DNA of 61,342 nt, the filler included, from Catajapyx aquilonaris (taxonomy: Eukaryota): assembly GCA_000934665.2 (NCBI GenBank). It is 3 parts of 3 records of this genome, joined end to end, with 100 filler letters (N's around TTAATTAATTAA, not from the genome) between each part and the next. Parts side by side here need not be neighbours in the genome. Positions count along the whole stretch, not along the records: positions 1 to 20,357 come from JYFJ02006280.1; positions 20,458 to 40,884 come from JYFJ02006281.1; 1 more part is not named here. The stretch is one strand, 5' to 3'. Below the pieces are notes generated by a model. It was given only the letters and a program-made list of their open reading frames with translations. It was not told the DNA's origin and did no database searches. Below are positions 12,262-23,779 of the stretch, in pieces; within the stretch, counting starts at the first letter, position 1, and each line of letters begins with the position of its first letter. The position numbers and the translations under genes were made by a program.

Positions 12262-13256
12262 GTTTATTTACCTCCTTTGGGACCTCATCCTCAATATCCG
12301 CTGTCAACCCCATTTGGGAAACGCCGTGAAGATGATGATGATGATGATGATGATGATAATAATAATAATAATAATAATAATAATTGTGTGGGTGGTGCTC
12401 ACCCTCAGGGTATCTGCACGGATCTTTATTTATTCGTAATAGTACAATTTTGTACATCGGAATCTTTTAACGAAGCGCCCGGGCCTACGGGCAGGATGAC
12501 AGGAGGGGATGTGCAAAGTGTAGTGCAATGTCTTATCCGTGGTCGTTTTGTGAACTCCCCCGGGTGGTTTAGTCTAAGGAAATACCATCCAAGACGAAGC
12601 CAGAGACGGCCATTCAACTCTGCACGAGATGAAGGGGGTGTCCCCGGGCTGAGATCGAACCCGGGACCTTAACATCCGTGGGCTCATACGTTACCGCAAT
12701 GCCACTTCGTCTCCCCCCTCACATGATAACAATTAACATTAATAAATTTTGACATATGTTGAATGACCTAATTGCTGGTTTTGCATGTTTCATTTTCAGG
12801 AACGGGCGAGCTCGAGATAGTTGCAATTCGACTGTAGCATCGTACCGTGAAGTACCCTATGTTCTGCATACCCTTCATGAGGATGGATACCAGATGGCAA
12901 TAGCTTCTAGAACAGGTGAAGTCCAAGGTGCCAAACAACTTATTGGCATATTCGAATGGGATCAGTATTTTTCTTACATGGAAATACATCCTGGAAGTAA
13001 AGTTGGGCACTTTGAGAGGTATGGCATCTGCATTTGGAGTTGTGGTCAGTTGCTTTCTAATAATTATCTTTTCAGTATCCACAACGATTCTGGCTTTCCA
13101 TATCACAGAATGTTGTTTTTTGATGATGAGTTACGCAACATCCGAGATGTGTCTGCTTTGGGTGTCGTTTGCATTCACGTGAAGAAAGGAGTGGATATAT
13201 CTCTCGTGACCAAGGCTCTGGAAACATTTAAGAAGCGTGCAACGGAAACTAAGTAA
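1599..13256 (+). CDS. MDP1: Magnesium-dependent phosphatase 1 (HAD superfamily), 188 aa; exons 1599-1704, 6743-6803, 12800-13018, 13076-13256
   Basis: Exons join in frame via GT-AG introns (106+61+219+181=567 nt). Translation MATSYVV...[28 protein letters not shown]...IASRT...EIHPGSKVGHF...MLFFDDELRNIRDVSALGV shows HAD motif I (DLDYT), II (ASRT), III (K) and IV (FFDDE) in the MDP-1 pattern. Confidence 0.93.
1883..1992. mobile_element. 110-bp hAT-type MITE
   Basis: TIR CAGGGATGGAAAAAGAACCGCTTC / GAAGCGGTTCTTTTTCCATCCCTG; perfect 8-bp TSD TTAATGAC at 1875-1882 and 1993-2000. Confidence 0.85.
2072..2349. mobile_element. piggyBac-type MITE
   Basis: TTAA on both sides; ends CACTTAACTAGTGACCTGG / CCAGGTCACCAGTTAAGGG; internal CCTGGGGTCTT...CCCCAGG motif repeated. 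Confidence 0.75.
2819..3113 (+). mobile_element. 5'-truncated tRNA-derived SINE with V/Meta-like central domain and (TTA)n tail
   Basis: B box GAGTTCGATCC near 2840; core GTTCTCTCCGTGTTCGCGTGGGTTTTCTCGGGGTTCTCCCGTTTCCTCCC; (TAT)n tail 3039-3113; TSD TAAATGGTAATA at 2801-2812 and 3114-3125. Confidence 0.8.
3746..4088 (-). mobile_element. tRNA-derived SINE
   Basis: Minus-strand head GGGGAGGCATGGTGGCTGAGATGG (A box) ... GGGTTCGATCCC (B box); 3' tail CCCTATCATGGGGTAA plus A-run; TSD ACAAACT at 3739-3745 and 4089-4095. Confidence 0.75.
5016..5364 (-). mobile_element. Full-length tRNA-derived SINE (family A)
   Basis: A box AGTGGCGCCGCGG, B box GGGTTCAATCCC, core GAGTTCACAAAATG...GCACTTTGCACATCCCCT shared with four other copies; poly(A) tail; 13-bp TSD GACTACCAAAAGA at 5003-5015 and 5365-5377. 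Confidence 0.88.
5557..6432. mobile_element. Tc1/mariner-type MITE (TA target) carrying a nested solo LTR
   Basis: TA|CAGGGTGAAGGGAAACT...AGTTTCCCTTCACCCTG|TA with ~100-bp TIRs; a second, uninterrupted copy lies at 23235-23672. Confidence 0.85.
5666..6109 (-). mobile_element. Solo LTR (Gypsy-like), 444 bp
   Basis: TG...CA termini (TGTTACAAG...CGCCGACA on minus), 4-bp TSD CATA at 5662-5665 and 6110-6113, TATATAAG box on minus near 5972-5979; segment absent from the sister MITE copy at 23235-23672. Confidence 0.75.
6955..8051. mobile_element. ~1.1-kb fold-back element (PIF/Harbinger-like ends)
   Basis: Long imperfect inverted arms (GGCCCAGTACAGTACCCTGCATTAATGGCT... / ...AGCCATTAATGCAGGGTAGTGTACTAGACT) extending to about 7425 and 7615. 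Confidence 0.75.
8984..9097. repeat. Short hairpin/palindromic MITE-like element
   Basis: ACTGAAAAAGGCGCTCTCCTGCTACACCGGCAGGGTACTG ... CAGTACCCTGCCGGTGTAGCATGAGAGCGCCTTTTTCAGT near-perfect inverted repeat. Confidence 0.7.
9340..12190 (-). mobile_element. Degenerate non-LTR retrotransposon (APE endonuclease plus N-terminal part of reverse transcriptase) in MDP1 intron 2
   Basis: APE motifs SWNI (11290-11544 frame), GGLLI, VYIPP, LGDINA, TYVSPRGQSTIDY and SDH (10201-11133); RT motifs KTAPGPD, KIIPIYKSG, NYRLIAL, QAAFR*GRSCLDH and CFIDLSK (9340-9852) with stops and frameshifts. The 5' boundary is approximate. Confidence 0.88.
12206..12383. repeat. (ATA)n, (GAT)n and (AAT)n microsatellites (partly SINE tail)
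   Basis: Trinucleotide runs at about 12206-12260, 12331-12357 and 12358-12383. Confidence 0.9.
12356..12716 (-). mobile_element. tRNA-derived SINE (family A) with (TTA)n tail
   Basis: Minus-strand AGTGGCATTGCGG A box, GGGTTCGATC B box and shared GAGTTCACAAAA...TTTGCACATCCCCT core. Confidence 0.82.
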
Positions 13257-13974
13257 TGGTGCCATTATCCTTAGGTGCATTAACAGTTATGATGTCACTG
13301 GTACAGGTTAAATGGTTTTGATGGTGTTGATAGGCCATATGACAGTGTGACATGTTTTTTGTTTTTTTTAATTACCCCATGATAGCCCTGACTGTGTGAC
13401 ATGTGAATGACAGTAAACTTATTACAGGACAACAATGCCCTGTTCATCTGATGTGGTTTCACTATTTTCCTCACATATTGTCATCAAACTGACGTGATAG
13501 GTGAATCAGTGATAAGAGCCCATTCACAAGGTTCCCATGTCACCTTTTGGCCATTTTTCAACTTAATCTAGACCCAAAGAGAGGGAGCGAGGCTTTATAA
13601 TCATGCAAAAATGTATAGCGTGCATGGAAGGTTCAAAGAGAAAGGTCTCAATTGCAAGCCTGTGCTTGGCCTGTCAATAACAGACTTTTTAGGCAGTCAA
13701 TTCAAAAGCAAGTCCAAAGTACAACCAAGGAATAGGATGTATTAAGAAGTTTTTGAACCCTGATTTACTTACCATGTTGGTGTTAAAGCCAATCTAAGAG
13801 GAATCATTTTCTCCATAGCGAGTGTCATGAAAATGTACCACACGATAAAGGTTTGCTTTACCATTAACTGAAATGTATGCTAATGGCTTTAGTCATAAGG
13901 AGCGTTTTATGGGGCCATATAATGGCCCCAAGAGTTTCTTATTTAACATTGAAAGTTGGTGATAGAGATTTTAA

Positions 13975-14379
13975 CCCTTTCATTCCCACTGTAGCCATAT
14001 GGCAACAATTAATCTGGCGGCAAAGTGTTCACATGCAGAAGGCAAAGTTTGAGGGTCAAACTTCTTTTGCCATCTAGTGGATTGGATGGTGACTCAGCAC
14101 CCACAAAGTCGGATTGTTATATTTAGCTCGCGCCCTTGAAAGGTAAACAACCCCCCCTCCTGCGGCTAATTACAGGGTGTCCCATAAGTCTGAACTCCTA
14201 GGAATTTCTCATAGTACAGTGTTTTAGTATTATTATGTAACCATAGTAACAATTTTATAGTGATTTTAATATTTAAAATTTAATTACATTAAAAAAAAAT
14301 CTGTAACACCCTGTAGGTGAATGTTTTCGGCATTTTACATTCCAAAGGACCACCACGAGTAAAACGACGAATGAAAGGG
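13975..14379. mobile_element. piggyBac-type MITE with nested TA-type fragment (14173-14313)
   Basis: TTAA|CCCTTTCATTC...GAATGAAAGGG|TTAA; inner TA|CAGGGTGT...ACACCCTG|TA. Confidence 0.75.
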
Positions 14380-14395
14380 TTAAAATGTGTATATA

Positions 14396-14881
14396 CAGGG
14401 TGTTCAAAGTTCATTGGTTGTTTTACTTATTATAATATATAAGTATATCATATAATAAGCAGTTATTTTTGTGTAGTTTGTTACACACCGATCTAGGTGC
14501 CCCACTACTCCCAGGTGGTTGAATATATCAGTTTCAATATAACAACACCAGACGGCACAAGTTAAAACCCTGTATCTTTGAAAATCACATAATTGGAGAT
14601 AAATGCGCCATTGCACTCCTCTTTGCAAGCCACACCTTTTGGTACAAAGCCCGTAACTGTAGGAGCAACCCTTGCAAAGTTATGGCCAATTTAAATCATG
14701 CACTTCCACATATGATAATGGAAACAAAATACTTCAAACGTGAATATCTCGAAATGACAAAAAGCTGAGATACAGGGTTTTGACTTGGGCTGTCAGACCT
14801 GGTTAAGGGCACAACAAGCTACAAAAAATTGACAGCCTCAAGCAAAATTTCCTCTAATACTAATATACTTGGGGCACCCTG
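14396..14881. mobile_element. Tc1/mariner-type non-autonomous element
   Basis: TA|CAGGGTG...CACCCTG|TA; internal part (about 14550-14800) is homologous to about 32960-33210. Confidence 0.7.
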
Positions 14882-17800
14882 TATATGTACAACAGTATTT
14901 CAAGCGGTAAAAAGATTTTCTGACAGAAAGCTGACATGAGTAACTGACAATTTCGCTAAAGCATCAGCATGTTTGATTGTTTTAAATATGGTTTTGCATT
15001 AAAAATAATGTTAACTGATAGCCACCACACTAAGGATTAGCGAGATTTATTTTTTACATTGGTAGGGCATCATTCATATTTCACACAGACCTTCGTTATT
15101 ACATATTATACTGTCCCAAGGTGAAACACCCTATGTCAAAACCAGTAAGAACAAAAGTCGTGTGCAGGCCCTGCACCCATCCCCCCTGGGGTGGGAGGAA
15201 CAGATGCACTCAACCTTCATCCTTACTGGTTTTGGACAGGGAATTTTCACATTGGGATGGCAGTTTTGGAACCTGTTATGCGAAGCAGGGGTCCACAAGC
15301 AGGAAATGGTGAGTCGGAGGGTAGGTACAAGTGCAGTGTCTTCAAACATATTCTTGTGTATTCCTGGGTGGTTAGTCGAACACAAATCCTACCCAAGATG
15401 AAGCCAGACATTACTCACTCTTCATGGGGTGAAAACAGGGAAAGCTTACGCTTGGGATCAAACCCTTGATTTTTGCATCCTTGGGCATGTGCATTACTAC
15501 AACGCCACTCTACCTCCCTTAATTAAGTGTTAAATGCACTTAAAAGAATGTGTATCTTCAACAAAATGAAAAAAAGTACTAACATGGAAATTGCATGTAC
15601 CAGATTCAAATAAAAGAGTAAACTCCCGGCAAAAAAACTTCAGTTTGACAGAAAAACATGTAACTCTGAAGTGGTGAAACTTTTCTTGTTTTTTTACCTC
15701 CATTTGCCAACTCTGCAACTGAGGTGCCTTCCCTCAGTGAATTTAGATACTACCAAAACATGTCACATAATAGTCATAATCAAAATAGCATATATCCACT
15801 GTCCAAAAATCTCTTCCCCCATCACCCTCCTCTATGACTGATAGCCTCAATTGCTTTGGCTTCCTGATTCAGCCAACCAAACCACCCATTCAAGCTCTGA
15901 ACTGCAAAGAATGCCCTATTAGGAGTGGTCCATTGGAAGAATGGACATATCCTGACAACCCACTTTGTATGGGCTGTGGAAAGGATGGTACATGCAACCA
16001 AATATTAGCAACTAATACTTTTGATACCCATTAAAAGTAATTATGCAAAAGGTACTTCTACAAAATAAGTAGCTTAGTGCCAGCAAATAGCCATAGCTCT
16101 TGGACAAGTGTTTCAGATCACTCTGTAGGTGTAATCAAAGATTTTTCCTAATTTGTAATCATGCAACTAGCTTCAGTGTCTTTTTTTCCTCGTCATAACA
16201 TGACTGGCTGCCCACATAGAGCATCAGGGTATTGCTGCTTCTCTTGATGCACACCTTCGTGAATAACAGGATGTAGGCACCATACTAGGACACAATAATT
16301 GATAGGTTGTTAATGTAGGCCATGTTTGTAGATAGTAAGGATCCATATCTGAATCACCCTCAACATGCAAATACTGAAATAGTGCATCTGAGAGTTAGAA
16401 GTAAGGGTAGGTACCTTACACAGCCATGGGGGGCTACTGCCACGGGAGTGAGTGGAGGTGGCTGGCTCTCATATGCATTGGAGATGATGCTCTTTGAGGG
16501 AAAACCACTTGAGCATATTTTTTTAAAGGAAATCATCTGTACTATTCGATGAAGCTGGTTTTCTTTATCCAGAGCAAGATCCAGAGTACAGAATTAGCTC
16601 AAAATAATTTAAACAAAAGATTTGTTATTGTCTTCAACCCCTTCAATTGTCGAGTTCATCTCTCTCTCTCCTCTCTCTCTCTCCCTCTGTGCTTGATTAG
16701 TTCTTATTATTTTGTTCCCAGGTGCAACGATTTATTCAATTTTACTTGCACTCTCATTCAAGGTTTTGCATTTTGTATAATTTTTTTTCTCTCCCACCAT
16801 ATCTGTCCACCTCCTCTTGTTCCTTGTCGTTTCAATTTATTCTCGATTCCATTCCCCCCACTCTGTCTTCCTGATCTTCAACAATAGGCTAAAATACTTG
16901 GAATTCTTTGTTTTGTGCCTAGGCCAGCATACTTGTATCAAATTTTAGATTTGCATCTAGGGAGGCCAAGTATATGTGGAACATTAACTGTCCCAAGTCA
17001 TAAGGAGAGAAGTGAGGTTGCAATCAATTATATTATTCACATTATTATTTTCTGTTCCAATTACATCATATCTCTTCCTTAGGACGAGAAGGATCTTGGG
17101 TAGCCTCATGTTGTTACCTTAAACTTGTACCTGAATCACTGTGATTAAATAGAAGGCTGTGATAAATTTGTGTCATCATTTATGTTAATTCCTCAGATGT
17201 TTGTCAGGCCTGGGAAACACCTTTCATCGTGCAGAGCAGCCCCCCGCAACTCCCAACCTAGCCCTATGGTGATAGCAGTTTAATTAGAGAGTCCTCACCA
17301 GTCTGGAATTTGGCACTCCCCACAGGGATCTTACGATTTGGGTGCTGACTGGCGATCTGCGAATGTTCTCTGGACCCAGCTGCAATGGAAAAAATTGTTC
17401 GTGTTGGTTCAGGGGTCTGCCCGAATGGTACGATTCCTGTGGGGCTGCGCCAGCACCAAGATGGAGACTCTCTAATTCAGTGGTTCCCAACGTTTTTCGG
17501 GTTGCGACCCCCTTTTGTGACAGTCAAGTAACCTGTGACACAGCCCCCCTCCCCCTGAGTGTTAGTAGGTGTTGGGAAAAAAAACCTTAGTGATGAAATT
17601 TCCTGCAAGATTTCCTATTAATATTTTAATTGTAGTTGTTTTTAAAAGGTGGAGGGTAGGTCAGCTTTTTTGCTTTACATAATTATTACAGGCTATACCC
17701 AGTGCATTGTCACTTTGTCAGGCATGTTGCACTTAATGCCATGCAAAAAAGAAACAAAAATGTAATGGAGTTCCAGTTCCCGCCGGGCGTCATTCCAAAG

Positions 17801-19716
17801 TTACTCTCCGCGGCGCTAGTGAGCAACCTCGGGAGGGGAAAAAATGTTCGCGAACTATTCATTGATCATTCACTTGGATTAGAATACTTACTGCCCAGGC
17901 CCACGTTTAAATTTATAAATAAAAGCATTGATTAAATGCGAGTAAGTTATGTTGTTATTTCCAACCACGTCTAACCATGAAAAAAAAATAATTTCAAACA
18001 TGGCGATTATGAGATAGCAGGAGCGCGTTCACGCGCATACACGTATGTACAGGTAGTTGTTCCGCACGAATGTCTTCTTCCATGCACGAAAAATGAGTCA
18101 GCGCAGCTTGAAACATGCATCCGTAACGTCTGACACACATCTTCCTTTGATTCTAGGTGGCAGCCAGAAAATGCAGCAGTTTTAGCTTCTTGAAAATAAT
18201 TTGCAGTAACCCAAGGAGGAGTTGCTGTTTTTAGTGTACTTAAATGTCGGATCAAGAAAGGTGGTGTACATAACATTCCTGGACATGGGAACAAAGACAA
18301 AGACGGTCTCACTGGCTATTGCAAGTACGACTGATTTGGAGTCATTTCCTCTAGTGACCAGCAGTCGCAACAGTCGGAGCATATGGAGGGTCAGTGTCAT
18401 GTGTGTTTATTGCCTGTAATAATGCAAGCTGGATTGTGTAATGTTATATTGAATAGGCCCTGCGATAAATGTGGCAATGCTAAAGCGAGGATTTCGTAAA
18501 CATCTAAGAAATGTGCTGGCATCCTTCCAAACTATTGTTTTATTGCTATCATGTCTGAGAATCCGTACCAATTAGTAATCCCTCGTCCTGGTACAAGTGC
18601 CCATGTAATCCAGTTGGATGAGAACCAGTTCAAAAACTTATCCTGCATTGAATAGTAACGAGAGTGCAGACCTTAAGCTTGGCATTATCACACTTTGGCA
18701 CAGTTTCCAACAATCTTTGACCCAAGAGATACAGCATCATTTCAACCACATCACTTGTAAGCATTTGTATGATAGTGTGATGAAAACTTGACTAGTGAAA
18801 TGGGAGTGGTGCAGTGTTAGGTCAAATTGCTTCACAGGGAAATGCAATTGAATGAGGCAGTTGAGAGCAATTGGATGATCATAAAGGGTGGGGAAAACTG
18901 GCCATACTGATTGACCACTTTCACCCTGTTTTGAGGCTTTTCACCTGCTTGGCCCAATTAAGTTTTTGGTGAGGTGAAAGGCAGTGCAACCTGAGGTCTT
19001 TTGCCTAGTTCAATATTGTGAGCCAGCATTTTACTGTGATTTGTAAGGTAAGGATTTAACTAACATCAATGTGTCAAGGAGATATTTAATCACCACATTT
19101 TTTTGCCAAATTACTGTAAGCATATAGAGTTGTATCTATTAATAGATTATGGCATAATTGCTTCTTTGGTAAATGATTCTGTGTTGACTGCTCTTGTCAA
19201 TTAGTCTAGTGAGAAGGGAAGAAAAAGATTGTCCATTTATGGCCATAGGCCACATTTACATTTAGCAGCATGCTGTAAAGTGCACTGCAGCAGTGCACTG
19301 TGCGGGGCCTTTATGGTCGGGTCGCCGTAACTCTGACACAGCATCTCAGAAATACACAGTGTTCCAAGTTCATGGGCCATTTTTAGGTATCACTGATACT
19401 GTCCAGAGTAGCTATTTTTGTATAGTGTTGTGCCCTATTCAGGTGCCCCATTACTCACAGGTGGTCAAATATAGCAGTTTCTGTAGAATAATTAGGGGTG
19501 CAATAAGGTACAAAAAAAGAACAGCTTAAAGTGAAATATCCTATAACTAAAAGGACCGTACTACACTTGTATACTTGGAACACCCTGTACATGGGTCTTA
19601 TGGTGCACACAAGTTGATTTGACTGCAACCAAGCTTCAGCAGCGAGAGTGCCATGAGAATACATATATTTCTGAAATGCTGCTAAATATAAATTACGTGT
19701 CATTCAGATAGATGTA

Positions 19717-19870
19717 CAGTTGAATCCAGATATAACAGACTTAAAGGGACCCGAAAATCGGTCTGTTATAGCCAAATAACCATATAAAAAGATATGCCGG
19801 GACTGCCCTTTCAAGTATGTTATGACCGAAAGTCTGTTATAGCTGAGGCTGTTATATCCTGATTCAACTG
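19717..19870. mobile_element. Tigger/pogo-type MITE
   Basis: TA|CAGTTGAATCCAGATATAAC ... GTTATATCCTGATTCAACTG with repeated GTTATA subterminal motifs. Confidence 0.7.
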
Positions 19871-20357
19871 AATTAAATTTCATGTGATCAGCACGTAAGA
19901 ATTTAACCATCAAGTGAAATCATGCAAAGATAGTATAAGTACGAACTTTTTACCTATTTATGTATATTCTGTGTGCTTAAGATAGGAACTACTGATCACA
20001 CATCAAATTCACACAATGCAGCACATCATAAATTTTGAGCTGTCCCAAGTGACTCCATGAGTTTGAGTTAAATGCAGGGGTCGGCAACCTACAGCCCGCA
20101 GGCCGGATCCGGCCCGTGAAGACAATTTCTGCGGCCCGCGCAAAATGTTCAGAATTCCTGAAAATTTTGAAAAATTAAAATTGCACATTGTAATGCCTGT
20201 TCCTTTCTAATTCTTTTAAATCCACAAAGACAGTTTTTTATTTATACCGGCCATTTTCATTGATATACAGGGTGATCCAACTCTATGGCACCAACAGTTA
20301 TTGGAGAAATCGCGCAAGCTGCTTGTTTATAAGCAGGTCGTTGTTAAGAGGTGCTAT

Positions 20358-20457
20358 NNNNNNNNNNNNNNNNNNNNNNNNNNNNNNNNNNNNNNNNNNN
20401 NTTAATTAATTAANNNNNNNNNNNNNNNNNNNNNNNNNNNNNNNNNNNNNNNNNNNN
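20358..20457. other. Artificial scaffold-joining spacer
   Basis: Exactly 44 N + TTAATTAATTAA (stop in all six frames) + 44 N = 100 bp. Confidence 0.95.
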
Positions 20458-20591
20458 TCCCTCTCTCTCTCTCTCTTCCCCCACCCTCCAGGTAAAGATA
20501 TGGATTTTATATGGTACCACAGGGTTCATATTTGAAAATTGAAACATGTGCAGCAAGGGTAAAAGGGCCTATCAAGACGGGACATATTTAA

Positions 20592-22223
20592 CCCTTAACT
20601 ACCGACATGAATCGGCCATACATTGGCTACGACGTGGGGTCCTTAAGGACCCCACCTGGTTTTCATGTTTTTTAAAAAAAAATTTGACGTAATAGTACTA
20701 TTAAGGTAGTTCTTGCACTAAGACGAAATGGTGGTAGAGAATTTAAAATTACACCAGTTGTTCCCTATTATGTGACTAATGAGCCTGTAAAATATAAAGG
20801 ACTTCTACTAAATACTTTCGGAGATATTCATCTCTGAACTTGAGGTCGTATACATGGCGGCTTATGGAGAGGGGCATCCAGTAACCGATATTTCCCCCCG
20901 TAGATCCCGTGAAAATGGTGCCACGATCACAAAAAAACTAATCACTGTGTAGCCACATTCGTACCAAATTATTTTGTCACAAGAAACCAATACGTCACCA
21001 GGCCCGTTCTTCCACAATCCCTTCAAAACTGCGGGGTAGTCACGGCGCCCAGTGATGACTTGGCAACGCAGCTACAACAATATAGTAGGGGGCGCGAGTT
21101 TTGAAAGTCCCAGGCATCGCGCTGAGCTCGTTTTAAGAGTATAAAATTAATATATAGGGCTCGTTTTATGATATAGGGATGTGCAAGAGTTGAAAGGGGC
21201 AATAATAATAATTTTAATAATATATTTTAATAACAACAACAACAATAATAATAATTTTATTAAAATATCGATATACTGTAATATCGATAGTTGGGCTAAC
21301 TATCGAGTACTCGATATATCGCTGGGGGGAAATATCGATACTTTGTTGATAAAGTGCTACCAACGTGTGCAACGTTGCCGGATTTCCCGCTCTATTTCCG
21401 GTATTTGGAACAGCCATATTTCTGCTCTTCTCCGGGACAAAAGTGCACGAGGGAATTATTATCCCCCAAATAAATGTTCACATAACGTATCCGACGCGAA
21501 ACACGTACTCAAAACTCTGTTTCAGAGAAATACTAGCAGAAATGTCTTACAATCGCAGAAGTTGGTACTGGCCAGCTCGGCCCATGTATAAACATAGGCT
21601 CAACCCCCATCCCCCTTACCCCCCTTTCCAAGCGCAAGAACTACCTTAAAGCCATTCTTCCCCGCTAAATTCAGCCTGTATTCTCATCTGTACGTGTAAA
21701 AAAAAAAAGATCTCCTATGACCATTAGTTGAGTCAAGGGAGTCATATAATCACTTGAGATATAGGTTAGTTTTCGACACATGTACCACATGTGCAAATTT
21801 GAGGCTCATGGAAGATGGAACTCGCCATTCCAGTCCTTGGAGGGCTTAGAGCAACAAGTGCATATGTGCCTCGTGAAAAAAGTTGCAATATAGAACCTGT
21901 TTGAATACCACTGATCATTTATTATTACTGTCATATGCACACTTTATCAAATACAATTTGCTGTGGTGTGTTCTCTAAAAAAATTAGGTACATTGGCTAC
22001 GACGTGGGGTATATCTGGACCCCACAGGGACGCTTGGCAGCATAAAAGTACCGGTAACTCGGCAAAACCACTTTCTACTGATGTCAAAGTTTTTCCTTGG
22101 ATCGAAGAAAGTGTGTCTGAGGAATATAGGCCTGCCATTTTTCATTTCATACCAAATTTATTAATCACAATGGTATTAACTACATTGTGGGGTACAAAAA
22201 GACCCCACGTCGGTAGTTAAGGG
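20592..22223. mobile_element. 1.63-kb non-autonomous piggyBac-like element
   Basis: TTAA|CCCTTAACTACCGAC...GTCGGTAGTTAAGGG|TTAA; internal repeat TACATTGGCTACGACGTGGGG at about 20618 and 21989; empty TTAA site visible in the homologous repeat near 48243. Confidence 0.85.
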
Positions 22224-22524
22224 TTAAGACATTTTCGCCATTTATGATGTCCTGTACAGGCATGTAGGCAGAAAAAATTTCGGAGGGGAGGCCATTTCAT
22301 AAGCAAGGTGGACAAGCCGTAAAGTGTGATTTTTTTTTTTTTGGGGGGGGGGGGGTTTCAAGGTCACACAAGCTTAGGTATGTGGGAGATTTGAATGGGT
22401 GTGTATTTGGTGAAATTAGTAGCACTTTTCCCAAAAAATCATGAATTAGTAATTTCTGAGGCTATTTCAAACTGTCCTGTATATCGTCGCTGTCTGCCAG
22501 TTGAATAGCCCTGATCTACTAGGT

Positions 22525-22730
22525 CAGTGGTTTCCAACCTGGGGGTCGCGACCCTTTGTTCAACTTTTTTTTTGTTGCAATTTTTGTGTAAATTGCACAG
22601 TTTTTGCGGCCGTACAGAGTGTATGTTTTCTGGAAATGGGTCAGTTGTAGAAGGGGCCGGGGGGGGGGGGTCGCACATTCATGGAAACATGTTTAGGGGG
22701 TTGCAGTTGGTAAAAGGTTGGAAACCACTG
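22525..22730. mobile_element. hAT (Charlie-like) MITE
   Basis: CAGTGGTTTCCAACCT / AGGTTGGAAACCACTG TIRs; perfect 8-bp TSD TACTAGGT at 22517-22524 and 22731-22738. Confidence 0.88.
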
Positions 22731-23234
22731 TACTAGGTTGTGTCTTGTGGAGCCTCATTGACTGGAATTTCAATGATGTAATAATGGAATGATGATAATG
22801 ACAACAAAGCAATGTTACGAGATATTTGTTGCCAATGGTAGTGAGAAAGAGAGCTTCGCTTGAGAATACATCATATGATTCAACATTTAGCTCACACTGG
22901 GATAAGTGAAATGCAGACACTTGGCTCCTATGAACTCATATACCCTCGCAAATACCCTAGGAATCATGCACATTGTAAGAAAACCTATTAATGCTTGGTT
23001 GCACCATTGCAGGTTTCACTCAGAACCCTGGGTTATTCACTGATATTAACTGTTGGCCAAAAATTAATAACAAGTTACCCCAGGTTTGAAGCAAAAGCCA
23101 TGATGCTGCAACCCAACCTATGAATGTTCTGACTTGCAGGAGTAGTAGTTTTAGGCATAAGGGATACAAGTAGGTTAGTAATAGTTGTTTGTGTGTGCGA
23201 AATTCAATTGTATTATTGATGAATAAATGATATA

Positions 23235-23672
23235 CATGGTGAAGGGAAACTCGCGGATAATCGCCAGGTACACTGATAGTACTCGCAAAACTAATATAGG
23301 GATGTGCAATTAGTTTTGGGTGCCGTTGCGTAGTTAATGCGTACGGCGCCTTCACAGTTTCATGGCATCACATCCGCTCCACTACCTTCAAAAAACAAAG
23401 TCAGCTGGAGGGTCTCCGGATAATCCGGCCTGGGTCCCCTAACGCATCACCCATGTGCAAGAGGTGATCATATCCCGTCAGAGTAGGAATCCGTGTGCGA
23501 CACCTGTGCGCTTTGTCATTTTTACCACACATTTTACCATTGGGCCCTCGACACTTTAAAGGCGCTGTACGCATTAACTACGCACCTGCGCCAAATACTA
23601 ATTGCACATCCGTATATTAGTTTTGCGAGTACTACCTGGTGATTAATTATCCGCGAGTTTCCCTTCACCCTG
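23235..23672. mobile_element. Tc1/mariner-type MITE (same family as 5557-6432, no insert)
   Basis: TA|CATGGTGAAGGGAAACTCGCGG...CCGCGAGTTTCCCTTCACCCTG|TA. Confidence 0.85.
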
Positions 23673-23779
23673 TATACAAGGTGATCCAAATATATGGGTT
23701 GCTTTAGGTATAGGAAATCTCAACCATAAGCTTTTTTTGTGTGTAGCTTGTTATGCCCTGATCCAGGTGCCTTATTATA

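Noticed and set aside
12188..12672. ORFs with poly-Ile/Asp/Asn or poly-Tyr/His/Leu runs
   Set aside because: Translations of microsatellites and a SINE.
12756..13256. 166-aa ORF as the whole MDP1 protein
   Set aside because: It lacks the catalytic DxD motif and includes intron sequence; motif I comes from exons at 1599-1704 and 6743-6803.
13300..20357. Possible upstream SND1 exons or another gene
   Set aside because: No SN-domain or other recognisable peptide, and it lies on a different scaffold from the SND1 exons.
20402..20413. TTAATTAATTAA palindrome as a biological motif
   Set aside because: Six-frame-stop linker inside an artificial spacer.
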